This document shows, one piece after another, positions 1-8,845 of a stretch of 64,000 nucleotides of DNA; within the stretch, counting starts at the first letter, position 1, and every line of letters begins with the position of its first letter. Location: IMG/VR virus record IMGVR_UViG_2908567220_000002, positions 33,901 to 97,900 of that record; one strand, 5' to 3'. Under the pieces are notes generated by a model. It was not told the DNA's origin, ran no database searches, and saw nothing but the letters and a program-made list of their open reading frames with translations. The translations under genes and the position numbers were made by a program. Origin of the DNA: a virus (taxonomy: Duplodnaviria; Heunggongvirae; Uroviricota; Caudoviricetes).

Positions 1-498
1 CATGGTTTCAGCCATCGCCAACCAAACATCAATGCGATTTCTACAAGTTTTCAGGCTCCAGTCAGGGTGATTCTTTTTTAACTGTTCTGCCATTTTCAGC
101 TTGCTCATTCCCAGCCCTTCATATCTTTGTCGGAGGATACAAATCAATCCCGGATGCTCTGCCAACACTTCACTAATTACCCGATCGATACATAACGCCT
201 CGGCATCAGTACAATAAGCCAGCCCGCTCTTTTGCTTGCTGTTGATCATCTCACGCAAAAACGCTTCCAGCTCAGTTTTATCAATCCCTGATTTTTTTAT
301 TCTGCGCAGAGCTTCATTGATCGCAGTTTTTGTAAGTGTTTTGGATGCCAGCAACTGATTGAACATATTTCCTGGTTTGCCACCACCTATGTACGACCAA
401 CGCCCCCACATCCGTAATTTCCCCTGGATCCAGACGGCTTCCAGCGTTTTTAGACGTAAATGCTCGCCGCTTTTGCCTGTAATTTCCGGGTATATCAT
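1..498 (-). CDS. Putative late-gene antiterminator Q-family protein (N-terminal 166 aa visible; C-terminus beyond window start)
   Basis: ATG at 498 reading MIYPEITGKSGEHLRL... with no stop before position 1; sits immediately downstream of rusA in the Q position; not similar to B's lambda-type Q. Confidence 0.5.
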   Translation of the reverse strand, partial: MIYPEITGKSGEHLRLKTLEAVWIQGKLRMWGRWSYIGGGKPGNMFNQLLASKTLTKTAINEALRRIKKSGIDKTELEAFLREMINSKQKSGLAYCTDAEALCIDRVISEVLAEHPGLICILRQRYEGLGMSKLKMAEQLKKNHPDWSLKTCRNRIDVWLAMAETM

Positions 499-516
499 AT
501 TTACGATCACTCACTC

Positions 517-867
517 TCAATTTTGTAAATCTTCACGCCCAGCCGCCCCCCCAGGAACGCGCTGACCGCGCACAATATTGATTTCATCAAACTGCTCGTC
601 GTCTATGAGAAGTCCGGCATGCGTCAGCGCATCCAGTGGTGCTTTCAGAATATTGTCCAGGTCACAACGGCGCTTATCCGGTGGCTCTGCAATAATCTTT
701 ATCGCCAGCCTTCCGGACAGGTTTAATTTCAGTCGCTGCTGGCGAACAATTAGCGCCACATCACGGCGATAACGCTCACCGGCTTTTGAAACAAAATATG
801 TGCTGCCACGACGTCGCCAGTAGGTATTCACCGTCGGCGGGTAAGGCAAAACAAACTCTATACGCAT
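517..867 (-). CDS. rusA: Holliday junction resolvase RusA
   Basis: 116 aa; MRIEFVLPYPPTVNTYWRRRG... with RRxDLDN-type motif typical of RusA; nin-region position. Confidence 0.9.
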   Translation of the reverse strand: MRIEFVLPYPPTVNTYWRRRGSTYFVSKAGERYRRDVALIVRQQRLKLNLSGRLAIKIIAEPPDKRRCDLDNILKAPLDALTHAGLLIDDEQFDEINIVRGQRVPGGAAGREDLQN

Positions 868-879
868 CAGTAACCTCTT

Positions 880-1929
880 TTACCCGAGCACGCCGGTTGC
901 AAAGGCGTGATCAAGAAAACGAAAAATTAAATCAACCTGAGAACCATGCTTTTCTTCGAACGCCAGCGGATCCGCATGAAGTTCGTTGTGATGCTCCCGG
1001 CACAGCGGTAGCGTGAAAATATCGTGAGCTTTTGTCCCCATTCCGCCCTGAGCATGACCAATCAGGTGATGGGGATCATCAGCTGGCTTACCACAGCACG
1101 AACACGGCTGTGTCTTTACCCAGCGTGTGTATTTCTCATTGACCCAACGGCGACGTTTAGGTCGTTTCATGAAAGATTCTGGAGACTCCGGATCAACAGT
1201 GATGCTGACCACCGTCTTTTTGTGAGGCGGGTTTTGTTGCTGGTAGGCGTGGCGCAGCGGCACAATATTTTTTGTGCGCTGCTTCAGTATGCTGGTGGCG
1301 CTCTGCTCTCCCGGTACGATGTCACTTTCGCGATACACCGAGTGGATTTTTTCCGCACGTAACCCCAGAGAACGACGTAATACTGCTTCCGGTAGCGCGT
1401 CCGCCACCTGATTGCAGACCGCCCACCAGGATAATTCAGCCAAAGATAATTCACGCTCCTGCGTACCGCTTATTGCGTGACCGATGACGTCAATCATCCA
1501 TGCTGACAGGTTTTGATGAGCAAGTTGCTCGAGTGATTCGGATGTCTGGTCACGCAGCTGGTTGTCGCAGTGCCAGCACAACACCATTGCGCCGGTACCA
1601 TAACGGTGAATGACGGTTTCGCTGTGATGATAATCGCCGTGTGGCCACTGGCAGGATTTAATATGGCGCAACAGCCAGTCAGACAATGCACCAGCACCAC
1701 CAGCAGCACGAATCACCCGTGCGTTACTGAAAAACGGCAGCAATGTTTTGTCTTCCACCAGCGGCTGGCGAGCGGCGGGAACAACCCCGGACGGCAGATT
1801 ACGCATGCTTTTCGGTTCCGGCTCCACCAGTACCCGGGTATTGTGGAATACCGGCATGGATTCACGGCCCGGCTTAACGATCACCAGCCCGAGTTCCGGT
1901 ACCAGAACAGGTCGAAGTAATACCCGCAC
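880..1929 (-). CDS. DUF968-family protein (YdfU-like) with C-terminal HNH-like Cys/His motif
   Basis: 349 aa; CSCCGKPADDPHHLIGH...CREHHNELH near C-terminus; conserved nin-region gene of Qin-like prophages. Confidence 0.8.
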   Translation of the reverse strand: MRVLLRPVLVPELGLVIVKPGRESMPVFHNTRVLVEPEPKSMRNLPSGVVPAARQPLVEDKTLLPFFSNARVIRAAGGAGALSDWLLRHIKSCQWPHGDYHHSETVIHRYGTGAMVLCWHCDNQLRDQTSESLEQLAHQNLSAWMIDVIGHAISGTQERELSLAELSWWAVCNQVADALPEAVLRRSLGLRAEKIHSVYRESDIVPGEQSATSILKQRTKNIVPLRHAYQQQNPPHKKTVVSITVDPESPESFMKRPKRRRWVNEKYTRWVKTQPCSCCGKPADDPHHLIGHAQGGMGTKAHDIFTLPLCREHHNELHADPLAFEEKHGSQVDLIFRFLDHAFATGVLG

Positions 1930-1930
1930 G

Positions 1931-2203
1931 TTACCTCCAGATGCGTTGCTGGAATGTGCGGGACGGACGCGGTGGGCGTTCGGAGTAAGGAAGCCTGACG
2001 GAGATTATCCAGTGACGATAATCGAGGCTGAGGGCTTTCTTAATCTCGTATCCGTGTCTGCGGTAGCACTGAATTAGCCACTCGACCTGTTCTTCAGTAC
2101 ATGGTGGGTGTTGGTACCAGTCGGTTTTAAATGCGTGTGAACGCCGCCCATGCCGGATGGCAAGGTCGGTATCAGAATTGTGAAATTTGGTTTTGTGCGC
2201 CAT
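1931..2203 (-). CDS. Hypothetical protein (position of rem in Qin-type prophages)
   Basis: 90-aa ORF between DUF968 gene and hok; near-identical paralog at 49521..49799. Confidence 0.55.
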   Translation of the reverse strand: MAHKTKFHNSDTDLAIRHGRRSHAFKTDWYQHPPCTEEQVEWLIQCYRRHGYEIKKALSLDYRHWIISVRLPYSERPPRPSRTFQQRIWR

Positions 2204-2274
2204 CTGTTTTCTCTGCTGGCGCAGCAGGTGTCAGGTGTTCAGGCTGACGTGCGAATTGTAAACCAGAATGCCAG

Positions 2275-2302
2275 GAAAAAACAAAACCCGCCGAAGCGGG
2301 TT
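2275..2302 (-). terminator. Intrinsic terminator downstream of hok
   Basis: Stem AACCCGC / GCGGGTT with CGAA loop, followed on the minus strand by a T-run. Confidence 0.55.
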
Positions 2303-2370
2303 AAGTGCGGGTGCGTTGAGGATGCCTGACTCATCAGAGGTGGCGAGGGATTTCTCCCTCGCCTGGTCTC

Positions 2371-2526
2371 TTACTCCTCAGGTTCGTAAGCTGTGAAGAC
2401 AGCGACCTCCGTCTGGCCGGTTCGGATTCGTACCTCGCAGAGGTCTTTCCTCGTTACCAGTGCCGTCATTATGACGGTTAAACAGATGACGATCAGGGCG
2501 ATTAACATCGCCTTTTGCTGCTTCAT
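2371..2526 (-). CDS. hok: Hok/Gef family type I toxin
   Basis: 51 aa MKQQKAMLIALIVICLTVIMTALVTRKDLCEVRIRTGQTEVAVFTAYEPEE; tracked ORF is extended in-frame upstream. Confidence 0.9.
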   Translation of the reverse strand: MKQQKAMLIALIVICLTVIMTALVTRKDLCEVRIRTGQTEVAVFTAYEPEE

Positions 2527-2936
2527 AGCCTGCTTCTCCTTGCCTTTCGGCACGTAAGAGGCTAACCTAGATTTGCCGTTCATAGATTGAGCCTCAGATT
2601 AATGTATAAGCGTCTTGCAGGACGCATAATGTTAACTGGGGCTTTTCTCTATCTGCCTTTGGTGTTCATGCTTGAGGCAGATAGCCTCAAGCACCCGCAG
2701 CAATTTTACTTAACTCCCCTTTTCCCACAAATCGTTTTTATCCCTACTGGTAATGTTCTCCCGATGTGGGATTCCCACATTGGAACGAATTCAATCAGTT
2801 AAAGACTCATCAGAATCTCACCTTTCTAAGTGCCCACAGGTGAGGCATTGCAATAAAAATAGCAAACGTGTATAAAAGGAGGTAATGCATGTTTTTCCAG
2901 TCTTATCAATCCATTACTGAGAGTTAAGGGGGCGCC

Positions 2937-3731
2937 GTGGATCGGTGCGGTAATTATTTACTTAAAGATGGTCGCAGTTTAGGACAAGGGAGTTTTGGCG
3001 AAGTATTTAAGGTTGATGTCTATAACTTAACCCAGACCCACATGACCACATATGCTCGCAAATACTTTTCACCTTGCCCGGACTTTGACAAGACCGCTAT
3101 AAAAGAGTTGACTGATTTAAGACAGCGTTTTTTAGTTGAGATCAAAACACAATGCACTCTCAATAGAATAAACTATGATTCAATAGCGCCAATAGTTTTA
3201 TTTAATACAAATGGTGATAAACCTTATTTTGTTATGGAATTGGCAGAGTGTAACTTATATGAAGCCATCCGCAATGGTATGAATTACGCGGAGAGGAAGT
3301 CTGCTGTTACTCAGATTTTAAAAGGAATTATCACCATACATGAAAACAACTATATACATCGTGATTTAAAACCAGGAAACATACTTTATTATGCCGATGG
3401 AAAGTATAAAATATCTGATTTTGGTCTAGTAAAAGACAGAGATACCTTACGGGCCGAAATCAAAACAAAATTTAAGCCTAATCACATGGGCACAGATGGA
3501 TATCGAGCGCCCGAAATACATGATAGCGGTCTTTTTTCTTTTCAAAGCGACATATTTGCAGCAGGTAAAATTATCACTGATATATATCCCACAGAAAGAA
3601 GTGAAAAATTAAAAAGATTGATTGCAAAATGTTGCGCACATTGGCCTGAAGAACGATATCAAAGCACACGGGAGTTACTGGAAGATTTTTTAAAAGTGAC
3701 GGGGGAGGTAAATCATGAAGAACATAATTGA
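2937..3731 (+). CDS. Hanks-type Ser/Thr protein kinase
   Basis: 264 aa; G-loop GQGSFGEV, catalytic loop HRDLKPGN, DFG, GTDGYRAPE; AT-rich; candidate promoter TTGCAA-17-TATAAA upstream. Confidence 0.9.
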   Translation: MDRCGNYLLKDGRSLGQGSFGEVFKVDVYNLTQTHMTTYARKYFSPCPDFDKTAIKELTDLRQRFLVEIKTQCTLNRINYDSIAPIVLFNTNGDKPYFVMELAECNLYEAIRNGMNYAERKSAVTQILKGIITIHENNYIHRDLKPGNILYYADGKYKISDFGLVKDRDTLRAEIKTKFKPNHMGTDGYRAPEIHDSGLFSFQSDIFAAGKIITDIYPTERSEKLKRLIAKCCAHWPEERYQSTRELLEDFLKVTGEVNHEEHN

Positions 3732-4431
3732 AATGGCATGTTTTAGCCTAAAACAACCCCAAAAAAAAGAAAATGAAGACTTTTATTTACCGCCATCTTT
3801 TGATAGCGATTTTAACATTGTCTTTGCAGTAGCTGATGGGGTTGGTTCCTCTGAACATTCAATGCTTGCATCTCATGCAGCCATTCGTGGCATTAGACAC
3901 ACGCTAGGCACTTCCTTTTTCTCAATTGAAAGTGCATTTCATTCAGCTAAAAAAGAAATTGACAATTTAGATATTAGCACTGCCACAACCTTAACAATTG
4001 TTCAGATCAAAAAAAATGAAGTGTTAATTGGTCATTCCGGTGATTGCCGAGTATACTTCAATAAAAACAACAAACTAAATCAGTTAACCACTGATCAAAC
4101 GAGATATCAAGAACTCCTTGATTCTGGTGAACATAAATTACGTAATTTAAGAAATCATAAAGAACGGCTATCTTCAGTCCTAACGAATGCTTTATCAAAT
4201 ACAACGGATTTGAATTTTGAGTTAATGTCTTTTCCGATTAGCCAGCTAATTTATAATGGCTATCTTCAACTCTATGCAATGACTGATGGTGCCTATAAGC
4301 ATTGGGATGTCAGACCAAGGTTTTCTGAGAAGACAATGCTCTCACCAACAGCTTTTGCGAGTAGTTTAAGAAAAAGGATTGAGAAAAACATAATGGATGA
4401 TTACACTTTTATAGGCGTAAAAGTAACCTAA
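3715..4431 (+). CDS. PP2C (PPM) family Ser/Thr phosphatase
   Basis: 238 aa; NEDFY, VADGVGS, GHSGDCRVY, MTDGAY motifs; overlaps kinase gene by 17 nt. Confidence 0.85.
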   Translation: MKNIIEMACFSLKQPQKKENEDFYLPPSFDSDFNIVFAVADGVGSSEHSMLASHAAIRGIRHTLGTSFFSIESAFHSAKKEIDNLDISTATTLTIVQIKKNEVLIGHSGDCRVYFNKNNKLNQLTTDQTRYQELLDSGEHKLRNLRNHKERLSSVLTNALSNTTDLNFELMSFPISQLIYNGYLQLYAMTDGAYKHWDVRPRFSEKTMLSPTAFASSLRKRIEKNIMDDYTFIGVKVT

Positions 4432-4584
4432 TTTTAGATATCCAAGATATTTACTCTAATTTAACCATAGTATTCCCAACCTCTTTTTATTGGGGGTTGG
4501 GTTCATTAAAGTCACCATTTTCTATTTCTTTCCCGTTAGAGGATATATTATTTCCAGATAAAGAAAGCAACTTCTTATGCAACT

Positions 4585-4689
4585 TCATATCACGCCATGC
4601 TTCCACCGCGGTAACTCTACATAGTCCATTAACAGTTCATGCCATTCTTCAAAACTGGCGTTATATTTAGTTGAAGCAAAATCAGCCAT
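4585..4689 (-). CDS. Small protein (34 aa), hypothetical, translationally coupled to the upstream acidic ORF
   Basis: MADFASTKYNASFEEWHELLMDYVELPRWKHGVI; SD-like GAGGAAGA in the end of the preceding ORF. Confidence 0.25.
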   Translation of the reverse strand: MADFASTKYNASFEEWHELLMDYVELPRWKHGVI

Positions 4690-4690
4690 T

Positions 4691-4864
4691 TTATTCTTCC
4701 TCTTCGTCTTTTATTTCGTGATATGAGTAATTGCAGTAGTTAAAGAAAATATCTTTTGCTTCGTCATGTATTTCATCAGGCGTCGCATCATCATCCACTT
4801 CGAATTCATCCTCGAAATCTCCACCGGCTATTCCCGTTTCAATAATTATTTTGAACTTTCGCAT
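4691..4864 (-). CDS. Small acidic protein (57 aa), hypothetical
   Basis: Hand-translated: MRKFKIIIETGIAGGDFEDEFEVDDDATPDEIHDEAKDIFFNYCNYSYHEIKDEEEE; AT-rich; below ORF-track size cutoff. Confidence 0.3.
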   Translation of the reverse strand: MRKFKIIIETGIAGGDFEDEFEVDDDATPDEIHDEAKDIFFNYCNYSYHEIKDEEEE

Positions 4865-4953
4865 TTAACTACCGCCCTGCCGGACAGCCTCCTGATGTTC
4901 TGAGGGCGCCCCCCTCCGGTTAAGGATTAAATTTTTAACAGTGCTAAATTTAA

Positions 4954-5310
4954 TTATTCAGTTCTTGATTTTGTCGCCCTGCGTATCCGCGCTTTCGCGT
5001 TACGCTCAATCTGAATTAGCTTTTCTATATTTTTCCGCCTTTCCTGTTCCTCCTGGAGCAATAACCTTACATCATCTGCCAGTCTGGTTTCTCTTTTCGC
5101 CACAGAGAGCATCCAGTCAAATGGCTCCACAACTGCACCGCAGATTTTACAGCGGACCTGACGCTCTTTTTCGTCAACCCGGACAGAGGCGTGATGGCAA
5201 TATGGTCTTTCCGATGGCTCATAAAGAAAATTAACCTGATTACGAGGGTCATCCTCTTTTGCCGGAAATAAAACGATATTGCTTAACTCATCTTCTGGTT
5301 TTATTTCCAT
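4954..5310 (-). CDS. Hypothetical protein with Cys/His cluster
   Basis: Likely start MEIKPEDE (tracked ORF 4954..5391); CHH...CKIC motif then basic coiled-coil-like tail. Confidence 0.45.
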   Translation of the reverse strand: MEIKPEDELSNIVLFPAKEDDPRNQVNFLYEPSERPYCHHASVRVDEKERQVRCKICGAVVEPFDWMLSVAKRETRLADDVRLLLQEEQERRKNIEKLIQIERNAKARIRRATKSRTE

Positions 5311-6007
5311 GCTCCTCTCCTTTGATGCGAATGCCAGCGGCGCGTGGCACATTAACTTCCACGATGCGCACAGTTGGTTTGTACATCTCAATCGCTGTCA
5401 GCCAGTCAGCTCCTGTCATGCGTTTTTCCGCATCGCCATTAGTCCACTGAACCGGCACACCAATAGCCTTCATCGCGATTTCTATTTCCCCGGCAATGGC
5501 GCTTTTTCCGCAACCAGTAAAACCAGATACAACGACAAGAACTTCGCCTTTGGCTGGTTTTATTTCCCGTGCTTCCAGTTCTGCTATGCGCTTACTTCCA
5601 TCCGCGATTACTCCCTCGTAATACTCACGCTGCTCGTTGAGTTTTGATTTTGCTGCTTCAAGCTCAACGCGCAGCTTCCCTACCGTTAGCGCAATCTCCT
5701 CGTTCTCCTGGTCGCGGCGTTTTATGTATTGCTGGTTTCTTTCCCGTTCATCCAGCAGTGCCAGTACGGTAGCCGGGTTAGCCTCTGCTATAAATGCTGC
5801 GTTTGCATAAGCCTGAGCATCTGTTTCAACCAGGCAGTTAGCATGACATTCTGCAATCACGCCACCGGGTTCTCCTTTCCATTTTTGACAAACAAAAACT
5901 CCTGTTAAATTGCCGTACTGGTTAACAGATGTATGCCCTACGATGTAGCTTCCTTTAGTTGCTTTTTCTGCCTTGGCACGCAGTACCTGATAGTCAATCT
6001 TGCTCAC
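5288..6007 (-). CDS. Ead/Ea22-like family protein (coiled-coil), tentative
   Basis: 239 aa starting MSKIDYQVLRAKAEKAT...; central coiled-coil region; typical nin-region gene. Confidence 0.45.
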   Translation of the reverse strand: MSKIDYQVLRAKAEKATKGSYIVGHTSVNQYGNLTGVFVCQKWKGEPGGVIAECHANCLVETDAQAYANAAFIAEANPATVLALLDERERNQQYIKRRDQENEEIALTVGKLRVELEAAKSKLNEQREYYEGVIADGSKRIAELEAREIKPAKGEVLVVVSGFTGCGKSAIAGEIEIAMKAIGVPVQWTNGDAEKRMTGADWLTAIEMYKPTVRIVEVNVPRAAGIRIKGEEHGNKTRR

Positions 6008-6488
6008 TGGTTGCCTCCTTCACAAAAATAATCCAATGTGTTTTATCGTTCTTGCCGGTGCGCTGGCTGATGATTGGTTTCGCGTCGGTTAGTGCCAATA
6101 TCTGGCGGACAGGCACTTGCGTTTCATTCCATTTAAAAATCAGAATGCCGTGTGGCCACAACACACGAAAGGCTTCTTTAAATCCCTGCCTCAAATCATC
6201 ACGCCAGGTATCTTTATTCAGCCGCCCATATTTCTTTCCCATCCAGGCGTTATCACCAACACGCTCAAGATGCGGAGGGTCGAATACAACAACCGGAAAC
6301 GATGCGTCTGCAAATGGTAATGCACGAAAATCTGCTATCAGGTCAGGGCTAATTATCAGTCGTCGTCCATCACATAATGTGTGCTCTTCCTTTCTGATAT
6401 CGCTAAATATCGCCCGGTCGTCATTCTTATCGAACCAGAACATGCGGCTGCCACAGCACATATCAAGAATGGTTGCCGGTGCACTCAC
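5994..6488 (-). CDS. Putative small SAM-dependent methyltransferase (DPPH motif)
   Basis: 164 aa; LDMCCGS (motif I-like) and VVFDPPH (motif IV-like). Confidence 0.55.
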   Translation of the reverse strand: MSAPATILDMCCGSRMFWFDKNDDRAIFSDIRKEEHTLCDGRRLIISPDLIADFRALPFADASFPVVVFDPPHLERVGDNAWMGKKYGRLNKDTWRDDLRQGFKEAFRVLWPHGILIFKWNETQVPVRQILALTDAKPIISQRTGKNDKTHWIIFVKEATSEQD

Positions 6489-6907
6489 TGCGCTACCTCC
6501 TGAAAATTACCCTGATAAAACGACAATATGCGCTGCATAACTTCGCTCTTCCGGCACTCACAGCAAATTATATTTTGGTGCCTGTCATAACGACGTATTT
6601 CTCCGTCTGGTAATGACCAGATAAGATCCGGATCAGCCACAGATGCTTTCTTCACTTTCGCCCTCGAGAGTTTTTTGCGGGCGTTTTGCCAGTCCTTACG
6701 CGCCTGCTCAGACGGGAATAACCCGTAACCAGAGTTGTATACATCGCCGCTGGCAACCAGCTCTCTTGCGAGAACGCTCATCAGATATCTTGTCGCACCT
6801 GTCTTGACTTCCAGTTGCCGTAACGTCTCACGCCCACTCTGGCGTACGAGTTCAACAACCTGTCCTTTAATTTTTTCCCGCTCTTCTTGTGTAAAAACTT
6901 TTGCCAC
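6485..6907 (-). CDS. Hypothetical protein conserved downstream of replication genes in both prophages
   Basis: 140 aa MAKVFTQEEREKIKGQVVELVRQSGRETL...; paralog at 53896..54318. Confidence 0.6.
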   Translation of the reverse strand: MAKVFTQEEREKIKGQVVELVRQSGRETLRQLEVKTGATRYLMSVLARELVASGDVYNSGYGLFPSEQARKDWQNARKKLSRAKVKKASVADPDLIWSLPDGEIRRYDRHQNIICCECRKSEVMQRILSFYQGNFQEVAQ

Positions 6908-6947
6908 AAGCCCTCCTGAAAATTACCTCATGACCAGAAATTAACAC

Positions 6948-8024
6948 TTACCCCCTGAAGCCCGGCGGAATTTCGTTATCCGGTTCAGAAATATGATTCA
7001 CACAACGCTGGTTGTTCGTGCCGCTTACCGGGAGCAACCAGGGGTTCTCAAAATTCCGGTCCGGTCCAAAAAACGTCGTCGCTCGCTGAACAAATTCCGT
7101 TCCCGTTTTCCCGGTAGCCGCCAAGTATCTTGCGTAACGCCTCACGCCATCCAGCATGGCCTCTGGTGGCACCCCCTCGCGTAATCTGGCCTTCCAGGCA
7201 CTGAAAGCGGATTTCTTCGGGTTTGCCCCAGCACGCAACGGGTACTCCCGCCAGACCTGTTCGAACACATCCGGATAATCCACTCGTCCCACAGACTGCC
7301 CGGTGTTTTCCGGGACTACCCGATCGGCTTCCCGCTGAATGGCGGAATCGGCTTCGGGCTGCTGCAGTTGGTGTGATTGCTCCGGCCTTGCGGTCATCAC
7401 CTGCTGCACAGCGCCCGAATCGGCTTTCAGCGCATACGCTGAATCGGCTTCCGGTGTCGTGCCTGCTAGCTGACCAAGATTGACGGTCTGAACATCCCCT
7501 GCCTGGTTCGTGGCGTTTTTTACGCCATGGACCATAGTGTTTTGATCTTCTTGATCTGTATCTTTATCTGTATCTTTATCTGTCGTGACTCGTCGTGACA
7601 TGTGCGTGACATTTCGTGACGCGCCGTGACAATCGCCATTTTGTTCCCGCTTTCTTTCCCTCTCTCGCTGCGCCCTCTTGCGCTCTGCCGGAGATTTTGC
7701 GGTTTGCGAAATATTGCCGTTGTCCTCTTTAAGCACCTGGCGTTTTTCCCATCCAGTGATTAAATCACCATCAAGTACCCGCCCCTGCATCGTCTGCAAA
7801 ATTGAATCAATTACCTCTTCTGTCACGTCGAGCGCACTTGCCAAATCTTCTGTCGTGACATCAATGTGACCTCGCGTGACATTTCGTGACGCGCTCACCA
7901 GGAGGTGGATATACACTGCCATCACTGTTGCAATTGGCTGCCCTGACACCCTGGCAATTGTTCGCCACTTAGGGTCATTTGGCATGTCATGCCATAATCT
8001 GAGCCAGGCGTTAGCCATACTCAC
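6948..8024 (-). CDS. Replication initiator (O-like), with internal origin iterons
   Basis: 358 aa; position after cro/YdaT; internal DNA iterons encode TDKDTDKDTD; C-terminal 20 aa shared with B's replication protein. Confidence 0.7.
   Translation of the reverse strand: MSMANAWLRLWHDMPNDPKWRTIARVSGQPIATVMAVYIHLLVSASRNVTRGHIDVTTEDLASALDVTEEVIDSILQTMQGRVLDGDLITGWEKRQVLKEDNGNISQTAKSPAERKRAQRERERKREQNGDCHGASRNVTHMSRRVTTDKDTDKDTDQEDQNTMVHGVKNATNQAGDVQTVNLGQLAGTTPEADSAYALKADSGAVQQVMTARPEQSHQLQQPEADSAIQREADRVVPENTGQSVGRVDYPDVFEQVWREYPLRAGANPKKSAFSAWKARLREGVPPEAMLDGVRRYARYLAATGKTGTEFVQRATTFFGPDRNFENPWLLPVSGTNNQRCVNHISEPDNEIPPGFRG
7545..7630. repeat. Putative replication origin iterons inside the O-like gene
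   Basis: Tandem TATCTTTATCTG repeats, then CGTGAC repeated about every 10 nt; second cluster at 7843-7886. Confidence 0.6.
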
Positions 8025-8089
8025 CTCTTCTGATACCGAATCTTTTTACTCACGAGTTGCCGGAAGCGATTCGATATGGCTATTGTCAG

Positions 8090-8515
8090 TCAATGTACTG
8101 CCACAGCATTTCCTGCCGGGCCACCACGGTTCATCTGATTGAAACCGGCGATTGCCACTGCGACAAAATCATCAGCGTCTCTCACCAGTCGCTCCCGCGT
8201 CTCCACCAGCTCCCGAAAATAAGCTGAACTGTGGCTGCGCATTCGGGCCACCAGCAGAGGTGGCATTGCTTTTTCGATAGCTGGTAACAACGCCTGAATT
8301 TTTTTAACCGCATCAGGGGTGTCTTTCTCCACCCAGCGGAAAATTTTCTGAGTATTGCGAGCCAGGGCTTCCGGATGGCTGTCGTCATACAGTTCCGGGA
8401 ACGTCATTCCCAGCTCGAAATACGCTTTGGTAATTTTCGCAGCCGGTACTTTTTCGCCGTCCGGATGCGCCCAGGCATTCATCGCCATGCGGATGTGTTC
8501 ATGCTTGATTTTCAT
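8090..8515 (-). CDS. YdaT-like protein (CII position)
   Basis: 141 aa MKIKHEHIRMAMNAWAHPDGEK...; paralog at 56864..57289. Confidence 0.65.
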   Translation of the reverse strand: MKIKHEHIRMAMNAWAHPDGEKVPAAKITKAYFELGMTFPELYDDSHPEALARNTQKIFRWVEKDTPDAVKKIQALLPAIEKAMPPLLVARMRSHSSAYFRELVETRERLVRDADDFVAVAIAGFNQMNRGGPAGNAVAVH

Positions 8516-8766
8516 GAATCAACTCCCATCAGCTTTTTCGTAGTAGTTTTATTCCTGCCAATAGTTAAAATTGCATCGGCAGAAAATAATCCGTTTGATG
8601 CAAGAGCGATTTTTTCAGCGTAATTTGTTTCGCCGGTATATTCTGTGCGAGGCAATTTTCCGTTATCCATCCATTTATAGATTGCTCTTTGGCTGACACC
8701 ACAAACGTCGGCCACAACAGCAACGCGAACAGTTTTGATTACATCTTCAAGTGTTTTCTGGTTCAT
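8512..8766 (-). CDS. Cro-like HTH regulator
   Basis: Likely start MNQKTLEDVIKT (tracked ORF 8512..8838); divergent from repressor gene. Confidence 0.6.
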   Translation of the reverse strand: MNQKTLEDVIKTVRVAVVADVCGVSQRAIYKWMDNGKLPRTEYTGETNYAEKIALASNGLFSADAILTIGRNKTTTKKLMGVDS

Positions 8767-8845
8767 ATCACCCTCACAATGTGAACTTTGAGTACATGCT
8801 ATAACAGAACTGACAGTACATTCAAGAGCGAATATCATTGAACTT
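8767..8845. promoter_or_regulatory. Divergent promoter/operator region between cro-like and repressor genes
   Basis: Repeated AGTACAT-type half-sites (GAGTACATG, CAGTACATT); similar GTAC motifs downstream of repressor gene at ~9320-9370. Confidence 0.45.

Noticed and set aside
2527-2583. In-frame 19-codon N-terminal extension of hok (70-aa tracked ORF); same in B (52246..52302)
   Set aside because: Hok family toxins are ~50 aa starting MKQQKA; the extension is more likely leader sequence than part of the toxin.
7545-7630. Short tandem repeats considered as a possible CRISPR array
   Set aside because: Repeats are 6-12 nt with ~10 nt spacing inside a replication initiator gene; pattern fits origin iterons, and no cas genes are present.
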